DNA of 64,000 nucleotides from Candidatus Poribacteria bacterium (GCA_964291315.2 OZ219753.1:1952001-2016000); one strand, 5' to 3'; counted from the stretch's first letter, positions 19,765 to 29,049 are shown. The notes: generated by a model from the letters alone, not told the origin. Made by a program: numbers and translations.

Positions 19765-20538
19765 ATGCTGACGCGCAAGCAGAAGATACACTTTTATGAA
19801 AACGGCTATATCTCTATACCAGGGGTCGTGCCACGCTTGATGGTAGATGCAGCACGACAGTCAATCAATCATTCCATCGGGGCAGTAGGAATGCACCAAG
19901 GCGACTTAGAACGGTTCCGCGCACAATCCTACTGCAATGAAATTCGTGAGGCACCCGAGATCGTCGGTCTCTTCAACAGAACACCGGTCCACCAAATCGC
20001 TGAATCGTTGATGGGGGCAGGAAACGTCCAATCCCCCAAATCCGCTCAGATAGCACTCCGATTCCCCGCTCCATTACAAACAGACCCAAAAGAACCAGGC
20101 GGACATCTCGACGGACTCGGAAGCGGCACAAACGGCATGGCAAAAGGAATCTACCGACGCGGGTTTACCGCACTCGCCGTCGTGTATCTCGCAGACGTCC
20201 CAGAACCGTATAGCGGGAACTTCACCGTCTGGCCAAGATCGCACAGATTTTTCGCCGAATACTTCAAAAAGGAAGGACATGAGATATTAGAAAACGGGAT
20301 GCCGAGAACCAAGCTGCCCGAGGGACCGAAGCAAATCACCGGTAAAGCCGGAGATGTCGTCCTGACGCATCACCAGATCGTCCACTCAGCGGCACCAAAT
20401 GCAGCAGCAGATATCCGCTACGCTGTGATTTTCCGCCTGCGCCACATCGACTGTGAACAAAACGGCTATGACGCTTACACCGATATATGGCGAGAGTGGC
20501 CAGGAATCCAAGAAGTAATTGCCGGAAGCAACGCTTAA
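19765..20538 (+). CDS. PhyH family Fe(II)/2OG dioxygenase
   Basis: FYENGY, GHLDG, VYLAD..GNFTVWPRSH and GDVVL..VHSA motifs; GGAGG RBS. Confidence 0.88.
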   Translation: MLTRKQKIHFYENGYISIPGVVPRLMVDAARQSINHSIGAVGMHQGDLERFRAQSYCNEIREAPEIVGLFNRTPVHQIAESLMGAGNVQSPKSAQIALRFPAPLQTDPKEPGGHLDGLGSGTNGMAKGIYRRGFTALAVVYLADVPEPYSGNFTVWPRSHRFFAEYFKKEGHEILENGMPRTKLPEGPKQITGKAGDVVLTHHQIVHSAAPNAAADIRYAVIFRLRHIDCEQNGYDAYTDIWREWPGIQEVIAGSNA

Positions 20539-20544
20539 CCCGAG

Positions 20545-20575
20545 AAAATAAAAAGGGCGGTGCTGTGCACCGCCC
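20545..20575 (-). terminator. Rho-independent terminator (possibly bidirectional)
   Basis: GGGCGGTGC-TGT-GCACCGCCC stem followed by a T-tract on the - strand. Confidence 0.7.
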
Positions 20576-20717
20576 ACTACTTCCGCCTAATCTCCATAAG
20601 TACGTTTAACTTTTCCATCCAACCGAGCGACAAGAGGGGATCCCTTGTCATCCACAACATCGGTTTTTCCGAACCAGTCTTAATACAGATCAGCACCTCA
20701 CAAGAGCCACACCACGT

Positions 20718-21230
20718 TTAAGAACCATCCGTTAGAAATTTTTCCAAATAGAACACATCACAGTACCTATCCGCAAATCTTACATGTTTTTGGGCCACAC
20801 CAATTTTCTCAAAACCGAGATTACCATAAAATCGGAGCGCCCGCGTATTCTCTGCCAAAACCTGAATAGCAATCTTCTCGAAGCCCCTCGCTTTTGCGAA
20901 CCTAAAAGAGGCTTCAGCCAGTGCCCGCCCAATCTTATACCCACGAAAATTTGCAGCTATCCATGTCCCCATTGTTGCAACATGCCGCATTGAATCGGTA
21001 TAACACCCCAAACCGTCCGGTTCGATAACTTGGATACCGACAATCTCATTATCTACCTCAGCAACAAACATCGCACTCCGTCGACACAACCCTTTAATAA
21101 AGGCATACTCTTCCTCATCTGTGAAGGTGTTCGTTAGTGCAGTATATCTGGCTTCAAGAATAACCGAGTTCAGTACAGCTGCCACCGGCTTCGCATCGTC
21201 CGGGACCGCCTTTCTAATCGTAACTTCCAT
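20718..21230 (-). CDS. GNAT family N-acetyltransferase
   Basis: IRKAVPDD, FRGYKIGRAL and N.RALRFY..LGF motifs. Confidence 0.9.
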   Translation of the reverse strand: MEVTIRKAVPDDAKPVAAVLNSVILEARYTALTNTFTDEEEYAFIKGLCRRSAMFVAEVDNEIVGIQVIEPDGLGCYTDSMRHVATMGTWIAANFRGYKIGRALAEASFRFAKARGFEKIAIQVLAENTRALRFYGNLGFEKIGVAQKHVRFADRYCDVFYLEKFLTDGS

Positions 21231-21272
21231 ATCCGCACATCTACCTCAGGAAATAGTATATCGGAAAAACGC

Positions 21273-22031
21273 TTAAATCGTAGGCATCACATTTCCACCG
21301 CAAACCGGGATATAAGCACCCGTGATGTAACTAGCCAGGTCTGAGGCGAGGAAAAGCACAACATTAGCGATTTCTTGGGCAGTACCCCGCCGTTGCATAG
21401 GAACCTCGCTCCAATAATGTTCGTCGGACACGCCGGCCTCACTTTTTTCACTGAGTGTCCAGCCAGGGGCAACCTGATTAACAGTGATACCATGTGCACC
21501 TACCTCTTTAGCAAGCACCCTCAGAACACCGTCCATGCCTCGCTTACCTGATGTATACGCGCCCTGCCCCTTGAAATTCTGCATCGAGCATTCCGTATTA
21601 ATGCCGATCACGCGCCCCCAACCCGCTTCAATCATTGCAGGTACAAACGCTTGAGACATGTAGACATTGTGCAAGACACATGATTGGAACTGACTTTCGT
21701 AGTCCGCTGGAGATTGCTCCAAAACGGAGGTCCAGGTATACTGGATAACAGCGTTATTAACAATGATGTCGACTCTACCTAATTGATCCAAGACCACATC
21801 ACGCATCCCATTTATCGAGCGCTGACTGGTGACATCTGCTTGTACAGGAATTGCGCGCCTACCTCCACCAGAAATTTCATTTTGCAGGTGGAGTGCGGTC
21901 TCTTCATCTCGATAGTAGCAGATTGCGATATTCGCTCCCGCTCTCGCCAAGGTCCTCGCCATCACGCGCCCTAACGCCCCCGAGCCGCCTGTAATTACTG
22001 CAACTCTATTATTAAGATCAATCGGAATCAT
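21273..22031 (-). CDS. SDR family oxidoreductase (FabG-like)
   Basis: TGGSGALG, IIVNNA, YTSGK (YxxxK), VNQVAPG and YITG motifs. Confidence 0.93.
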   Translation of the reverse strand: MIPIDLNNRVAVITGGSGALGRVMARTLARAGANIAICYYRDEETALHLQNEISGGGRRAIPVQADVTSQRSINGMRDVVLDQLGRVDIIVNNAVIQYTWTSVLEQSPADYESQFQSCVLHNVYMSQAFVPAMIEAGWGRVIGINTECSMQNFKGQGAYTSGKRGMDGVLRVLAKEVGAHGITVNQVAPGWTLSEKSEAGVSDEHYWSEVPMQRRGTAQEIANVVLFLASDLASYITGAYIPVCGGNVMPTI

Positions 22032-22043
22032 TTTCCCTCCATG

Positions 22044-22841
22044 CTACTTCTGATCTCTTCGTAAAAAGTCAGTCGGTATACGAGACATCGGGTAATTCGC
22101 AGCCTCGTCCCTAGTCGCAACAGCTTCCGGTATCCCCTGATCCCAATAGTCCGGGACAGTGTTAGGCCGACTATGCCATGCCAAGATTAAGGTGCGCCGA
22201 ACATCCGTCCGATTTTGATGAGCAGCGTGTAAAATCCGAGCATCCGCCATTACCAACGAACCCGCTTTCGCCAAAACATCTACCTGATCCGGATGATCAC
22301 TGAACATAACTGGATGGTCAGCATCAATGAACCGCGCACCCTGTTCATGTGCAGGTACTAATATGTCGTGCAAATCGATGCGCTTGCGATGCGTCCCCGG
22401 AATAACTTTTAAACAACCATTTTCCGGCGATGTATCAGTGAGATAATAATTAAGAAAAATCGTCTGAGGCCACGGCGCACAACTGAGCGGATCATTCCAG
22501 CGCATCCAATCTTGATGCCAATAGAGAGGAGGGCCCCCAGGCTCCTTCGTGAGAATAATGATCCCGCCAGAGGACACAAAATCTCCGAAACCGAGCTGTT
22601 CAAGAGCATCACGAGACGGACGCCATTCCAGCAACCTTTGAATATACCGATTGTCTTCACCGCGAACGTTGACATGCTGCCCTTGATAGATAACGTCCTC
22701 CGGCGCCACATGTCCAGCGATGAGCCGTTCTGACTCGTCCCGTAGCTCTTGTAAAAACGCTTCTGTCAAAATACCGTCAACAACGCAGAACCCCTCTTCA
22801 ATCATCTGTTCTCGTTTTTGTAATGCGACTCCTGGGATCAT
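22044..22841 (-). CDS. PhyH family Fe(II)/2OG dioxygenase
   Basis: WHQD, YLTDTSPENGCLKVIPGTH and ILHAAH.N....R motifs. Confidence 0.9.
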   Translation of the reverse strand: MIPGVALQKREQMIEEGFCVVDGILTEAFLQELRDESERLIAGHVAPEDVIYQGQHVNVRGEDNRYIQRLLEWRPSRDALEQLGFGDFVSSGGIIILTKEPGGPPLYWHQDWMRWNDPLSCAPWPQTIFLNYYLTDTSPENGCLKVIPGTHRKRIDLHDILVPAHEQGARFIDADHPVMFSDHPDQVDVLAKAGSLVMADARILHAAHQNRTDVRRTLILAWHSRPNTVPDYWDQGIPEAVATRDEAANYPMSRIPTDFLRRDQK

Positions 22842-23002
22842 CGCTTGCTCCTTTAGGTATCAAAAAAACAGTTCTGAAGTTAATTGCTGTTCAATGTAAG
22901 TCTATGTTATTCTATACGAAGGTGCAGGAGAAAACAAGATTTTTTTAGTGTGTTCAATCGGTTTCCGCTTTATGAAGTAGGGCTTTGGGAAATCAATGAG
23001 TC

Positions 23003-23032
23003 TTGACTTACGTTAATGTCTTTTGTTATACT
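23003..23032 (+). promoter_or_regulatory. Sigma70-like promoter upstream of the propeller gene and the MTase-HNH array
   Basis: TTGACT-18 nt-TATACT with a TG extension. Confidence 0.55.
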
Positions 23033-23057
23033 TCCACAAATAGCTGAAAGGAGAAAT

Positions 23058-23951
23058 ATGGAACGCACACTGTTAATTCACTCCGAAATGCCTGAACTTG
23101 ATAAGGAACACGGCTTCTCAAATATCAACGGACCCTCCTTGGTCCGGGTGCCCGAATGGGTAGAAAACCCGCTGGGGCGATACTATCTCTATTTCGCACA
23201 CCACCGGGGTGCTTATATCCGGCTGGCTTACGCCGACGCAATCGAAGGCCCTTACACCGTCTATCGCCCCGGGGCACTACACAGAGACGCTACTGTTTTC
23301 CGCGGATGTGACCACATCGCCTCGCCAGACGTACACATAGACGCACAGAATCAACGCTTTTTCATGTACTTTCACGGAAACCCACGGAGCGGACAAGTAA
23401 CCAGTTGGGCAATCTCTACCGACGGCGTGAATTACACCGCCTCAAACACAATGGATAGGCGAAACAGCTCTTACTTCCGGGTCTTTTGGTGGAAAGGACA
23501 CCCGTACGCAACCTATCACGGGTGGATAGGTCGCGCAGAAACACCTGAATGGACAGCACCTTTTATACAGCGAGATACCCCCCTCTTTCCGCGCAAATCT
23601 CCAGAAGATAATACCGGTTTCCCACGCCATACAGCGAATCTTTTAAAAGGCAATATTTTAACTGTCTATTACTCGCTCTACGGAGACAGCCCTGAACGGA
23701 TCAAGAAAAGCACCGTGCAGTTGACAACTGATTGGAAAGACTGGCACCCGTCTAAGCCGATAGAGGTTATCGCCCCAAAATACGATTTCGAAGGAAGCAA
23801 CCTGCCGATTAAGCCCTCAACAGGAGGGTTAGATCGAGAACCGGTGCATGAACTCCGGGATCCAGCCATCTATTGTGAGAATGGAAAAACGTGGATGCTC
23901 TATTCTGTTGCCGGGGAACAAGGGATTGCGGTCACGCAGCTGACTGATTAG
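23058..23951 (+). CDS. Glycoside hydrolase-like beta-propeller protein (GH43/GH32-like fold)
   Basis: NINGPSL, YYLYFAHH.G.YIRLAYAD, HIASPDV, ELRDPAIY and YSVAGEQGI motifs; AAGGAG RBS before ATG 23058. Confidence 0.65.
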   Translation: MERTLLIHSEMPELDKEHGFSNINGPSLVRVPEWVENPLGRYYLYFAHHRGAYIRLAYADAIEGPYTVYRPGALHRDATVFRGCDHIASPDVHIDAQNQRFFMYFHGNPRSGQVTSWAISTDGVNYTASNTMDRRNSSYFRVFWWKGHPYATYHGWIGRAETPEWTAPFIQRDTPLFPRKSPEDNTGFPRHTANLLKGNILTVYYSLYGDSPERIKKSTVQLTTDWKDWHPSKPIEVIAPKYDFEGSNLPIKPSTGGLDREPVHELRDPAIYCENGKTWMLYSVAGEQGIAVTQLTD

Positions 23952-23994
23952 CCAAACTGAACCCAAATCCCCCGTACATAAAAAGGAGAACACC

Positions 23995-25206
23995 ATGAAC
24001 GTCAAACCGAAAACCATCTTCACCGGCGATAACCTACAGATCATGCGCGGCATAAATAGTGAATCCGTTGACCTTATCTATCTTGACCCGCCTTTCAACA
24101 GCAATGCCAACTACGCTGCCCCCATCGGCTCACAAGCCGCAGGGGCGGAGTTCAAGGACACCTGGACGCTCAAAGATGTAGACATCACTTGGCTCGACCT
24201 CATTGAGACAAAGCATCCCGCTCTCAACCGTGTTATCCACGCTGCAATGGTAGACAGCGATAAGGCATACCTCATCTACATGGCAGTCCGGTTACTGGAA
24301 ATGGAACGCGTCCTCCGCAAAACAGGCTCTATCTATCTACACTGTGACCCTACAATGTCGCATTATCTGAAACTGGTGATGGACGCTATTTTCGGAAGAA
24401 AGAACTTCCGTAATGAGTGTGTCTGGTGCTATAAAGAAAACGAAACAGCAACCAAATGGTTTCCCCCAAAACATGATGCTATACTATTTTATACGAAAAA
24501 CAGAGATAGTGAATACACCTTCAACATTGTCCGTTCAGGTATAACTGAATCACAAAAAAAGAGATACAATATTATAGACGAGAACGGTGACAGATGGGCA
24601 AATATGAAGGGTAAGATGAGAAAACTAAATCCGAAAGGTGCAAAAGTTCGGGACTGGTGGGAAATACCGATAGCACAATCGCCTGAAAAGACAGGATACC
24701 CGACCCAGAAACCGCTCAAGTTGTTAGAACGCATCATCAAAGCATCTTCAAATGAAGCTGATGTTGTCTTCGACCCCTTCTGTGGCTGTGCGACAACCTG
24801 TGTAGCAGCAGATAGGCTGCAGCGCAACTGGATAGGTATTGACATCAGCCCGAAAGCCGCAGAGCTAGTCGTCAGGCGCATAAAGAACGAGCAAGGCCTG
24901 TTCCAAAAGATTATTCAACGAACAGATATTCCTAAACGCACAGATTTAGGTAACATACCGCGATACAATAGCCCTCAAAACAAAACAGAGCTATATGGCA
25001 AACAAGAAGGATACTGCAGCGCATGCGAAGAACACTTCAAAATGCGACATCTTGAAGTTGACCACATCATCGCTAAATCCGTGGGAGGCACCGATCACAT
25101 CTCTAACCTCCAACTCCTTTGCAGCAACTGCAATCGCATAAAAGGCAACCGAAGCCACGAAGACCTTCTCATCAAACTCAAAAGCGAAAGGGCTAAGAGA
25201 AAGTAG
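23995..25206 (+). CDS. Beta-class amino-DNA methyltransferase fused to C-terminal HNH endonuclease, copy 1
   Basis: IYLDPPFNS (motif IV), TRD, YPTQKP, DPFCGCATT (motif I), GIDIS; then CxxC..EVDHII..GG...NLQLLCxxCN..KG (zinc-HNH). Confidence 0.92.
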   Translation: MNVKPKTIFTGDNLQIMRGINSESVDLIYLDPPFNSNANYAAPIGSQAAGAEFKDTWTLKDVDITWLDLIETKHPALNRVIHAAMVDSDKAYLIYMAVRLLEMERVLRKTGSIYLHCDPTMSHYLKLVMDAIFGRKNFRNECVWCYKENETATKWFPPKHDAILFYTKNRDSEYTFNIVRSGITESQKKRYNIIDENGDRWANMKGKMRKLNPKGAKVRDWWEIPIAQSPEKTGYPTQKPLKLLERIIKASSNEADVVFDPFCGCATTCVAADRLQRNWIGIDISPKAAELVVRRIKNEQGLFQKIIQRTDIPKRTDLGNIPRYNSPQNKTELYGKQEGYCSACEEHFKMRHLEVDHIIAKSVGGTDHISNLQLLCSNCNRIKGNRSHEDLLIKLKSERAKRK

Positions 25207-25214
25207 AGAACACT

Positions 25215-26417
25215 ATGAACGTCAAACCGAAAACCATCTTCACCGGCGATAACCTACAGATCATGCGCGGCATAAATAGTGAATCCGTTGACCTTATCTA
25301 TCTTGACCCGCCTTTCAACAGCAATGCCAACTACGCTGCCCCCATCGGCTCACAAGCCGCAGGGGCAGAGTTCAAGGACACTTGGACGCTCAACGATGTA
25401 GACATCACTTGGCTCGACCTCATTGAGACAAAGCATCCCGCTCTCAACCGTGTTATCCACGCTGCAATGGTAGACAGCGATAAGGCATACCTCATCTACA
25501 TGGCAGTCCGGTTACTGGAAATGGAACGCGTCCTCCGCAAAACAGGCTCTATCTATCTACACTGCGACCCTACAATGTCGCATTATCTGAAACTAGTGAT
25601 GGACGCTATTTTCGGAAGAAAGAACTTCCGTAATGAGATTGTGTGGTGCTATAAGTCAGGCGGTGCAACATCAAAATACTTCGCTAAAAAACATGAAATT
25701 ATTTTGTTTTATAGTAAAAATAATGCTTACAAGTTCAACCCGATCAAAGAAAAAAGTTATCAAGGTATTGGATACAATACAGGAAATAAGAACGTGACTC
25801 TGTATGAAGATGAACATGTAAATACTCTGGGACCACATACATTGGTAAATCTCAAAGACTGGTGGGAAATAAGAATGTTAGCCACATCATCTAAGGAACG
25901 AACAGGTTACCCGACTCAAAAACCACTAAAATTACTTGATCGGATCATCAAAGCATCTTCAAATGAAGGGGATGTTGTCTTCGACCCCTTCTGTGGCTGT
26001 GCGACAACCTGCGTCGCAGCAGATAGGCTGCAGCGCAACTGGGTAGGCATTGACATCAGCCCGAAAGCCGCAGAGCTAGTCGTCAGACGCATAAAGAACG
26101 AGCAAGGCCTGTTCCAGAAGATTATTCAACGAACAGATATTCCCAAACGCACAGATTTAGGTAAGATCCCACGATACAACAGCCCCCAAAACAAGACAGA
26201 GCTATACGGTAAACAAGAAGGATACTGCGGGGGATGTAGAGAGCACTTCCAGATGCGACATCTTGAAGTTGACCACATCATCGCTAAATCCGTGGGAGGC
26301 ACCGATCACATCTCTAACCTCCAACTCCTTTGCAGCAACTGCAATCGCATAAAAGGCAACCGAAGCCACGAAGACCTTCTCATCAAACTCAAAAGCGAAA
26401 GGGCTAAGAAAAAGTAG
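25215..26417 (+). CDS. Beta-class DNA methyltransferase-HNH fusion, copy 2 (different TRD)
   Basis: Same motifs as copy 1 with near-identical flanks and a highly divergent central segment from codon 142. Confidence 0.92.
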   Translation: MNVKPKTIFTGDNLQIMRGINSESVDLIYLDPPFNSNANYAAPIGSQAAGAEFKDTWTLNDVDITWLDLIETKHPALNRVIHAAMVDSDKAYLIYMAVRLLEMERVLRKTGSIYLHCDPTMSHYLKLVMDAIFGRKNFRNEIVWCYKSGGATSKYFAKKHEIILFYSKNNAYKFNPIKEKSYQGIGYNTGNKNVTLYEDEHVNTLGPHTLVNLKDWWEIRMLATSSKERTGYPTQKPLKLLDRIIKASSNEGDVVFDPFCGCATTCVAADRLQRNWVGIDISPKAAELVVRRIKNEQGLFQKIIQRTDIPKRTDLGKIPRYNSPQNKTELYGKQEGYCGGCREHFQMRHLEVDHIIAKSVGGTDHISNLQLLCSNCNRIKGNRSHEDLLIKLKSERAKKK

Positions 26418-26425
26418 AGAACACC

Positions 26426-27619
26426 ATGAACGTCAAACCGAAAACCATCTTCACCGGCGATAACCTACAGATCATGCGCGGCATGAACAGTGAATCCGTT
26501 GACCTTATCTATCTTGACCCGCCTTTCAACAGCAATGCCAACTACGCTGCCCCCATCGGCTCACAAGCCGCAGGGGCAGAGTTCAAGGATACCTGGACGC
26601 TCAACGATGTAGACATCACTTGGCTCGACCTCATTGAGACAAAGCATCCCGCTCTCAACCGTGTTATCCACGCTGCAATGGTAGACAGCGATAAGGCATA
26701 CCTCATCTACATGGCAGTCCGGTTACTAGAAATGGAACGCGTCCTCAGCAAGACAGGCTCTATCTATCTACACTGTGATCCCACAATGTCGCATTACCTC
26801 AAGCTTACAATGGACGCTATCTTTGGTAGGAAGAACTTTCGCAATGAGATTGTGTGGTCATATAAAACAGGTGGCGCGAGCAAAAAAAAGTTCTCAGAAA
26901 AACACGATATAATCCTATCCTACAATAAATCTAAAAGATTTACATTCAACCCGCAAAAAGAAAAATCATATACAAAGAGTAAATCAAGACAACCAGGTAT
27001 TGTCAACTACGGTGGAGGCACATCCGAATTCTTTAAGGATAAACAAGGTGTTTTCAACTATGTAAATATGCGTGATGTCTGGGAAATAAGTTATGTAGGA
27101 TCAACATCACCTGAGAGAACAGGCTATCCGACACAGAAACCCCTTGCACTCTTAGAACGCATCATCAAAGCATCTTCAAATGAAGGGGATGTTGTCTTCG
27201 ACCCCTTCTGTGGCTGTGCGACAACCTGTGTAGCAGCAGATAGGCTGCAGCGCAACTGGGTAGGCATTGACATCAGCCCGAAAGCCGCAGAGCTAGTCGT
27301 CAGACGCATAAAGAACGAGCAAGGCTTATTCCAGAAGATCATCCATCGGGCAGATATTCTCAAACGCACAGATTTAGGTAATATTCCCCGATACAACCAC
27401 CCTAGAAACAAAACAGAGCTATATGGCAAACAAGAAGGATACTGCAGAGGATGTAAAGAACATTTCAAAATGCGACATCTTGAAGTTGACCACATCATCG
27501 CTAAATCCGTGGGAGGCACCGACCATATCTCTAACCTCCAGCTCCTTTGCAGCAACTGCAATCGCATAAAAGGCAACCGAAGCCATGAAGACCTCCTCAC
27601 CAAACTCAAATCAGAATAA
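26426..27619 (+). CDS. Beta-class DNA methyltransferase-HNH fusion, copy 3 (different TRD)
   Basis: Same motifs; a third distinct central segment; lacks the RAK(R/K)K tail. Confidence 0.92.
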   Translation: MNVKPKTIFTGDNLQIMRGMNSESVDLIYLDPPFNSNANYAAPIGSQAAGAEFKDTWTLNDVDITWLDLIETKHPALNRVIHAAMVDSDKAYLIYMAVRLLEMERVLSKTGSIYLHCDPTMSHYLKLTMDAIFGRKNFRNEIVWSYKTGGASKKKFSEKHDIILSYNKSKRFTFNPQKEKSYTKSKSRQPGIVNYGGGTSEFFKDKQGVFNYVNMRDVWEISYVGSTSPERTGYPTQKPLALLERIIKASSNEGDVVFDPFCGCATTCVAADRLQRNWVGIDISPKAAELVVRRIKNEQGLFQKIIHRADILKRTDLGNIPRYNHPRNKTELYGKQEGYCRGCKEHFKMRHLEVDHIIAKSVGGTDHISNLQLLCSNCNRIKGNRSHEDLLTKLKSE

Positions 27620-27703
27620 CCGCTTTTTCGGTGATCCCAGGATCGATACTGTTTTTCGACTCGGCAAGCCGGTAGCTATCTTCCAAAATTGAGCGAACCG
27701 CGT

Positions 27704-28756
27704 TCATCGTTTATCCTCAAATAGATGCAACGGCGCACTCGGGGATTCCGTGAGACGCCGCCGGGCCTCTTTACAATATTCAGCATTAATATCATAACCG
27801 ATATAATGCCTACCCAACCTCTTACAAGCAACTGCGGTTGACCCGGAACCCATGAATGGATCTAGCACTAATGCACCAGAAGGCGTGAGGAGGTGTAGGA
27901 ACTCTTCCACAACTTCAACCGGATAGATTGCCGGATGTTTATTCCCTTTAACGGTGGCCACTGATGTTTCAATTACATCTCGCTTGAGTCTATTACCGTG
28001 CATCCGAATAATTGTAAATCCTTTGTTTCTTAATTGCAGGGTGCGTCCGCCTAACTGTCCACCGAAGGGCTCTGAATGAATACCCCGAATTTTCATCCGA
28101 AAACTATGTGTCTGCCCTTGCATTACTTCTTGGATGACTTCCGTGAGCTCACGCCGCGCAAGCGTTTTTTCTGCTTCAGACAAATCAGATTCTGCGATGA
28201 GTTCAAAATAGCGCTGCCCGACCTTAGTACGCGCTTTTTTACGTGATTGCTTTGGGGCCCGCTCTTTTGCTAAGAAAGCGTTCGGATCATAGAAATAACC
28301 GCCTGATTTGACAAAGTGAAAAAACGGTTCTGTGCTACTAACAAGACGGCGACGAAATTGGCGCGGAGTCGGATTCCGTTTAACCCATGTGACCTCGTTT
28401 ACCAGTTTAACCAGACCTGTCTCCGTCGCAGCAATCGCAAACCGGTACGGGGCAAGCAGTAGGTTACTATCTTCATATTTGTCCCCTATATTGAAAACAA
28501 TACTACCGTCTTTTTTCACAACCCGCACACACTCGTGGAAGAGACGGAGCAATGTATCAATATATGCCTCAACATCACTTTCGTTGCCGATACCGCCACC
28601 ATAATCGCGCTGTTGAAAATACGGCGGAGAAGTAATTACCAATTGAATACTACAACCAGGTAGCTTCTGGATGAGTTCAAGGTTGTCACCGCACAGAATT
28701 TCGTCTATGGGAACGGATTTGTTAACATTTCGGGTATTTTCAGATATGTCCGACAT
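27704..28756 (-). CDS. Orphan beta-class DNA methyltransferase (SPPY type, probably N4-cytosine)
   Basis: ITSPPYF, HPAIYP and LDPFMGSGST motifs; start placed at ATG 28756 (ORF track gives 28810). Confidence 0.9.
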   Translation of the reverse strand: MSDISENTRNVNKSVPIDEILCGDNLELIQKLPGCSIQLVITSPPYFQQRDYGGGIGNESDVEAYIDTLLRLFHECVRVVKKDGSIVFNIGDKYEDSNLLLAPYRFAIAATETGLVKLVNEVTWVKRNPTPRQFRRRLVSSTEPFFHFVKSGGYFYDPNAFLAKERAPKQSRKKARTKVGQRYFELIAESDLSEAEKTLARRELTEVIQEVMQGQTHSFRMKIRGIHSEPFGGQLGGRTLQLRNKGFTIIRMHGNRLKRDVIETSVATVKGNKHPAIYPVEVVEEFLHLLTPSGALVLDPFMGSGSTAVACKRLGRHYIGYDINAEYCKEARRRLTESPSAPLHLFEDKR

Positions 28757-28778
28757 AACATTTAAGATTGTTAATGTT

Positions 28779-28961
28779 TTAAGAACGTTTCTCAATGAGT
28801 CTTCCGACAAAAAAGATGAGAACGCCGAGCGTCAGGAACCCCATTTCAACGCCCATTGCTTTGGCTTCACTATAATCAAACGGATTGACACATCCCAAAT
28901 AGAGAGCTGCCCCTAAGCACACTATCCCCATCAGTTCCAGAGTCTTACCGATATAATACAC
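28779..28961 (-). CDS. Small two-TM membrane protein
   Basis: GTG start after GGAG; YYIGKTLELMGIVCLG...FLTLGVLIFFVGRLIEKRS, 60 aa. Confidence 0.6.
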   Translation of the reverse strand: MYYIGKTLELMGIVCLGAALYLGCVNPFDYSEAKAMGVEMGFLTLGVLIFFVGRLIEKRS

Positions 28962-29049
28962 GACTTCTCCAATGCTATTGGCTACTATTCGATAAGACTG
29001 TAGGGCAAATTTCCGCAACACCCTACAGCCACAAGCCCACAATAACGAA

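Noticed and set aside
20577-20696. 39-codon - strand ORF or structured RNA between the GNAT gene and the terminator
   Set aside because: No recognisable motif or convincing RBS; the small hairpins match no RNA family I can identify.
23995-27619. Diversity-generating retroelement or invertible shufflon as the cause of the variable cassettes
   Set aside because: No reverse transcriptase or site-specific recombinase in the window; differences are not adenine-restricted and include indels; all copies are full-length genes in direct orientation.
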